A DNA stretch of 64,000 nt from Squalus acanthias. Its lineage: Eukaryota. Location: assembly GCA_030390025.1 (NCBI GenBank), contig CM059425.1:170130001-170194000 (forward strand), written 5' to 3'. This document shows, piece after piece, positions 61,314-64,000 of this stretch. Position numbers and translations under genes: made by a program. The notes under the pieces are model-generated. The model saw only the letters and a list, made by a program, of their open reading frames with translations. It did no database searches and had not been told where the DNA came from. Every line of letters begins with the position of its first letter. Position 1 is the first letter of the stretch.

Positions 61314-61379
61314 TGGTGACACAATGACACAATGGTGATATTTGCCACATTAGTTAGACTTCAGTCCACTAATGCTTCA

Positions 61380-61530
61380 AGCAAGACAACAACTTATGTC
61401 AGTTTCCCCATGGAAAGGAGGCATGCGATGATGCAGCACGTTTACAAGGAGGCATTATTCCCTAAAGTGCTGGGCCTCATTGATGGTACACATGCAGCCA
61501 TCAAGGTGCCTAACAACAACCCTATGTAAG
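61380..61530 (+). pseudogene. Ancient Harbinger transposase fragment
   Basis: YVSFPM...FPKVLGLIDGTHAAIKVP. Confidence 0.7.
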
Positions 61531-62636
61531 AGTAGGAAATTACCCCCAGTGTCTCTGCACTGCCTTCTTTTTTTCAAAATGGACCGAACAGCTACTTTCA
61601 GCACCCCAATGACCAGCAAACATTCTACCTGGTGTGAAAAAATGAGAACAGGGATTGCTCGTAGTTTGAGGAACCAGCATGAATGGTGACAAGACTTGCA
61701 AAAGTTAGGTGAAGCAAAGGAAGCCCTTCTCTTTGGCAGCCACCAAGTTCCAGCTACAACTTTACAGACGTGGCAGTTGAGGAGCAAGTGATGTGAAGTG
61801 TAGGGACAGTCTTTCTCAGGCTGTATTGCTGGTGTGGCAATATGTGGCTCAGTGCTTGATGCATGTAAAGTACAGGCGCACTTTAGTCAACTATAAGTTG
61901 GGACTCTTCCTCACTCTGGAGAACTTAATTCTCATTTTCTCCTATGACTGTGAACATGGGTAACTTAATTTAAATTACTTCCTGCCATGCTCACTGCAAA
62001 TTGACTCAGGTTCGGGTGTGTGGCCTTCAGTGCCAAAATTTTGCACCTCCTCCAGCAGCACATCTCATTCTCCCAGTTGCTCCCAGGTGCCATTCAATGT
62101 TATTCGGTAACACTTTAAATGCAGCAGCCCTTTAAGAGTTGCTGCACTCCTTATACCCCCACCTGCTAGTTGCCACGTTGCTCTCTTCACACCTGGGAAA
62201 CATATTGTGTTGAAATGATTTAAATGTCAAAAAGCTAGGAGACCACTAATTGCACAGAAATGCATGAGTGCCCCGAGATTGTGGCTGCTTTTTCTCCCAA
62301 TTGAGGAATAGGCTCTTATGTATTAACCACTGTGTTCTGATGTTTCAATACTTTTTTCCATTTCTTCAGCAATGCTTTATAATTCTTCTTGTTCATTAGT
62401 ATGTTTGAATCATATGTCTTCCTCTGAGGAACCTGATAAAAGTCACTATCATCCTTCATTGTTCAATCAATGCTGTAAACATGGTAGACTCTAACCTCCT
62501 GCCTGTGACAGTGATAGATGAAAGGTCAAATCTCAAGTCTGTTAAGAGGAGCCCATTTCAAAAACATGAGAATCATTCAAAAACCTTCTTAATGCATCTT
62601 TTGGAGATATATTCCTAGAAATTCCTCATAGCGTTT

Positions 62637-64000
62637 GCCGGCCAATTGAAGGAAGCGGGTCTGATGACGTCATTTGATGATGCATCATCTGCCGGTTTCC
62701 TTAAAGGGACCATGCGCAATTTTATTTAGACAGTTGATCTGTCAGTGTTTGACAGCATTGCGCTGCTGCAGACATTGACAAGCACTGCACAAAGGTGAAC
62801 GCTTGCACCCAGGCTCTCCAATGATTCCCTCCATATGCTTATGGAGGGAGTCACAGCATGCAGGGAGGTTCTCTTCCCTTCCAAGTGCGGAAGAGACCTC
62901 CGCAGGAGACCAACGCAGCCTGGTTGCACATTACACAGGAGGGCAAAAGCAGGGATGTCGTCAGGGGTCCCTGGCTGCAGTGGCGCCAACCTTTCAATGA
63001 TCTCAGTGGATCACGAAATGTTACTGCAAAGCCACACTCAACCTCACTATGTCACTCAACACATCCCCATCACTCTGCCTTCCATATTCTTCTCCTGCAC
63101 ATCCTTACTCACGCCAACTTACCTTGCTCCTCCACCCAACTCTCTCAATCTACTTTATCACTTCCCCATCTCACTAGCCACCCCTCACACTCACCCTCAT
63201 CCTATGGCAAGCATACCAATTAACAACACACAAGGGTAGGCACTTGAGAGGTTTAGCCAATGTCTATGTGCAGTTTCTGGTAATGTGTTGTCATACAGTG
63301 AAATCTATTTTTCCAAAACTGCCCCTTATTGGACAGATCTGAGCGCACCTTGAGAAGTGTTTTACTGAGTTCCAGTGAATGTTCAGACATAACCTCCACC
63401 CCCCACCAACCCCCCCCCCACCCCGCCGCCCCCCCCCCCAGCCCCCCCCCCGCCACCCCACACACTATAGTGATGTGTGTGCATGGAATGGCTTGGACAT
63501 TACAGGGATACTTCACGGTGCTGGTGTGGGATGGTGTCAACCTGGTGCATCATGTGGCAGCCAGGGTTTACAGCGTCAAGTGAAGAAAATCTGGCCATGG
63601 TGAGGCAATCCCTGGCCTCCCTGGCAGCAATGTTGTCAGGGGCTGATGCCCTGTGTCCTGTGCAGCATCAGGTGATGGCGGAGAAGGTTGGTGATGTTGT
63701 TGGTGATGTTGGTGTTGGGGATGATTGTGGAAGGATTTGGAGGATCAAGGTCTGATTGTTCCATTGGCTCCGATGTTGCTGCAATAGATGGCAGCTGCAG
63801 GTGAGATGACAGAAGCGATTTGTCAATGGTGAGAGAGGTTCTCCCAATGAGGTGGCACTTGACATACAGTTGGATCTAAAAACTTGTAAGCTAAAGAAAT
63901 CTCTATATGTATAAAAAATGCAGTAACCAACATTTTCTGCGCTCTGAAACTCACCATCAGCAACATGGCATCCTTGACACCACTTCTGCAGCTGTCAGCT
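62637..64000 (+). mobile_element. Non-autonomous Harbinger, ~1.75-kb family, copy 3 (left end missing; runs off the window)
   Basis: Collinear with 28035-29310 and 53647-54955; AAWLHI...QWRQPFNDL. Confidence 0.88.

Overview
Eukaryotic, repeat-dense DNA, most likely from a shark or other cartilaginous fish (HE1/V-SINE, SacSINE1-like DeuSINE, shark-type CR1 LINEs). I could not identify a host protein-coding gene, so this is probably intergenic or deep intronic. Main contents: (1) a full-length Ty3/Gypsy LTR retrotransposon (2599-7311, minus strand; tRNA-Trp PBS, 4-bp TSD) whose gag is broken by a chimeric SINE; (2) about 5 kb of an 18-bp minisatellite with higher-order structure, split by a CR1; (3) a near-intact two-gene PIF/Harbinger transposon (47758-51904; DDE transposase plus a three-exon Myb/SANT gene), with several non-autonomous derivatives and older relics; (4) two families of Penelope-like elements (PLEs) carrying minimal hammerhead ribozymes, including a ~1-kb fold-back palindrome and a mini-insertion that captured nearby genomic DNA; (5) many CR1 fragments, one RTE fragment, and deeply nested insertions. 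The most interesting signals are: all four tail-less PLE arms start inside the loop of a predicted 3'-terminal hairpin; a Harbinger MITE carries splice-like sites followed by a dense multi-hairpin cassette; a PLE-associated templated inversion; and the almost-repairable Harbinger. All calls come from reading motifs by eye; no database search or folding program was run, and edges of old elements are approximate.
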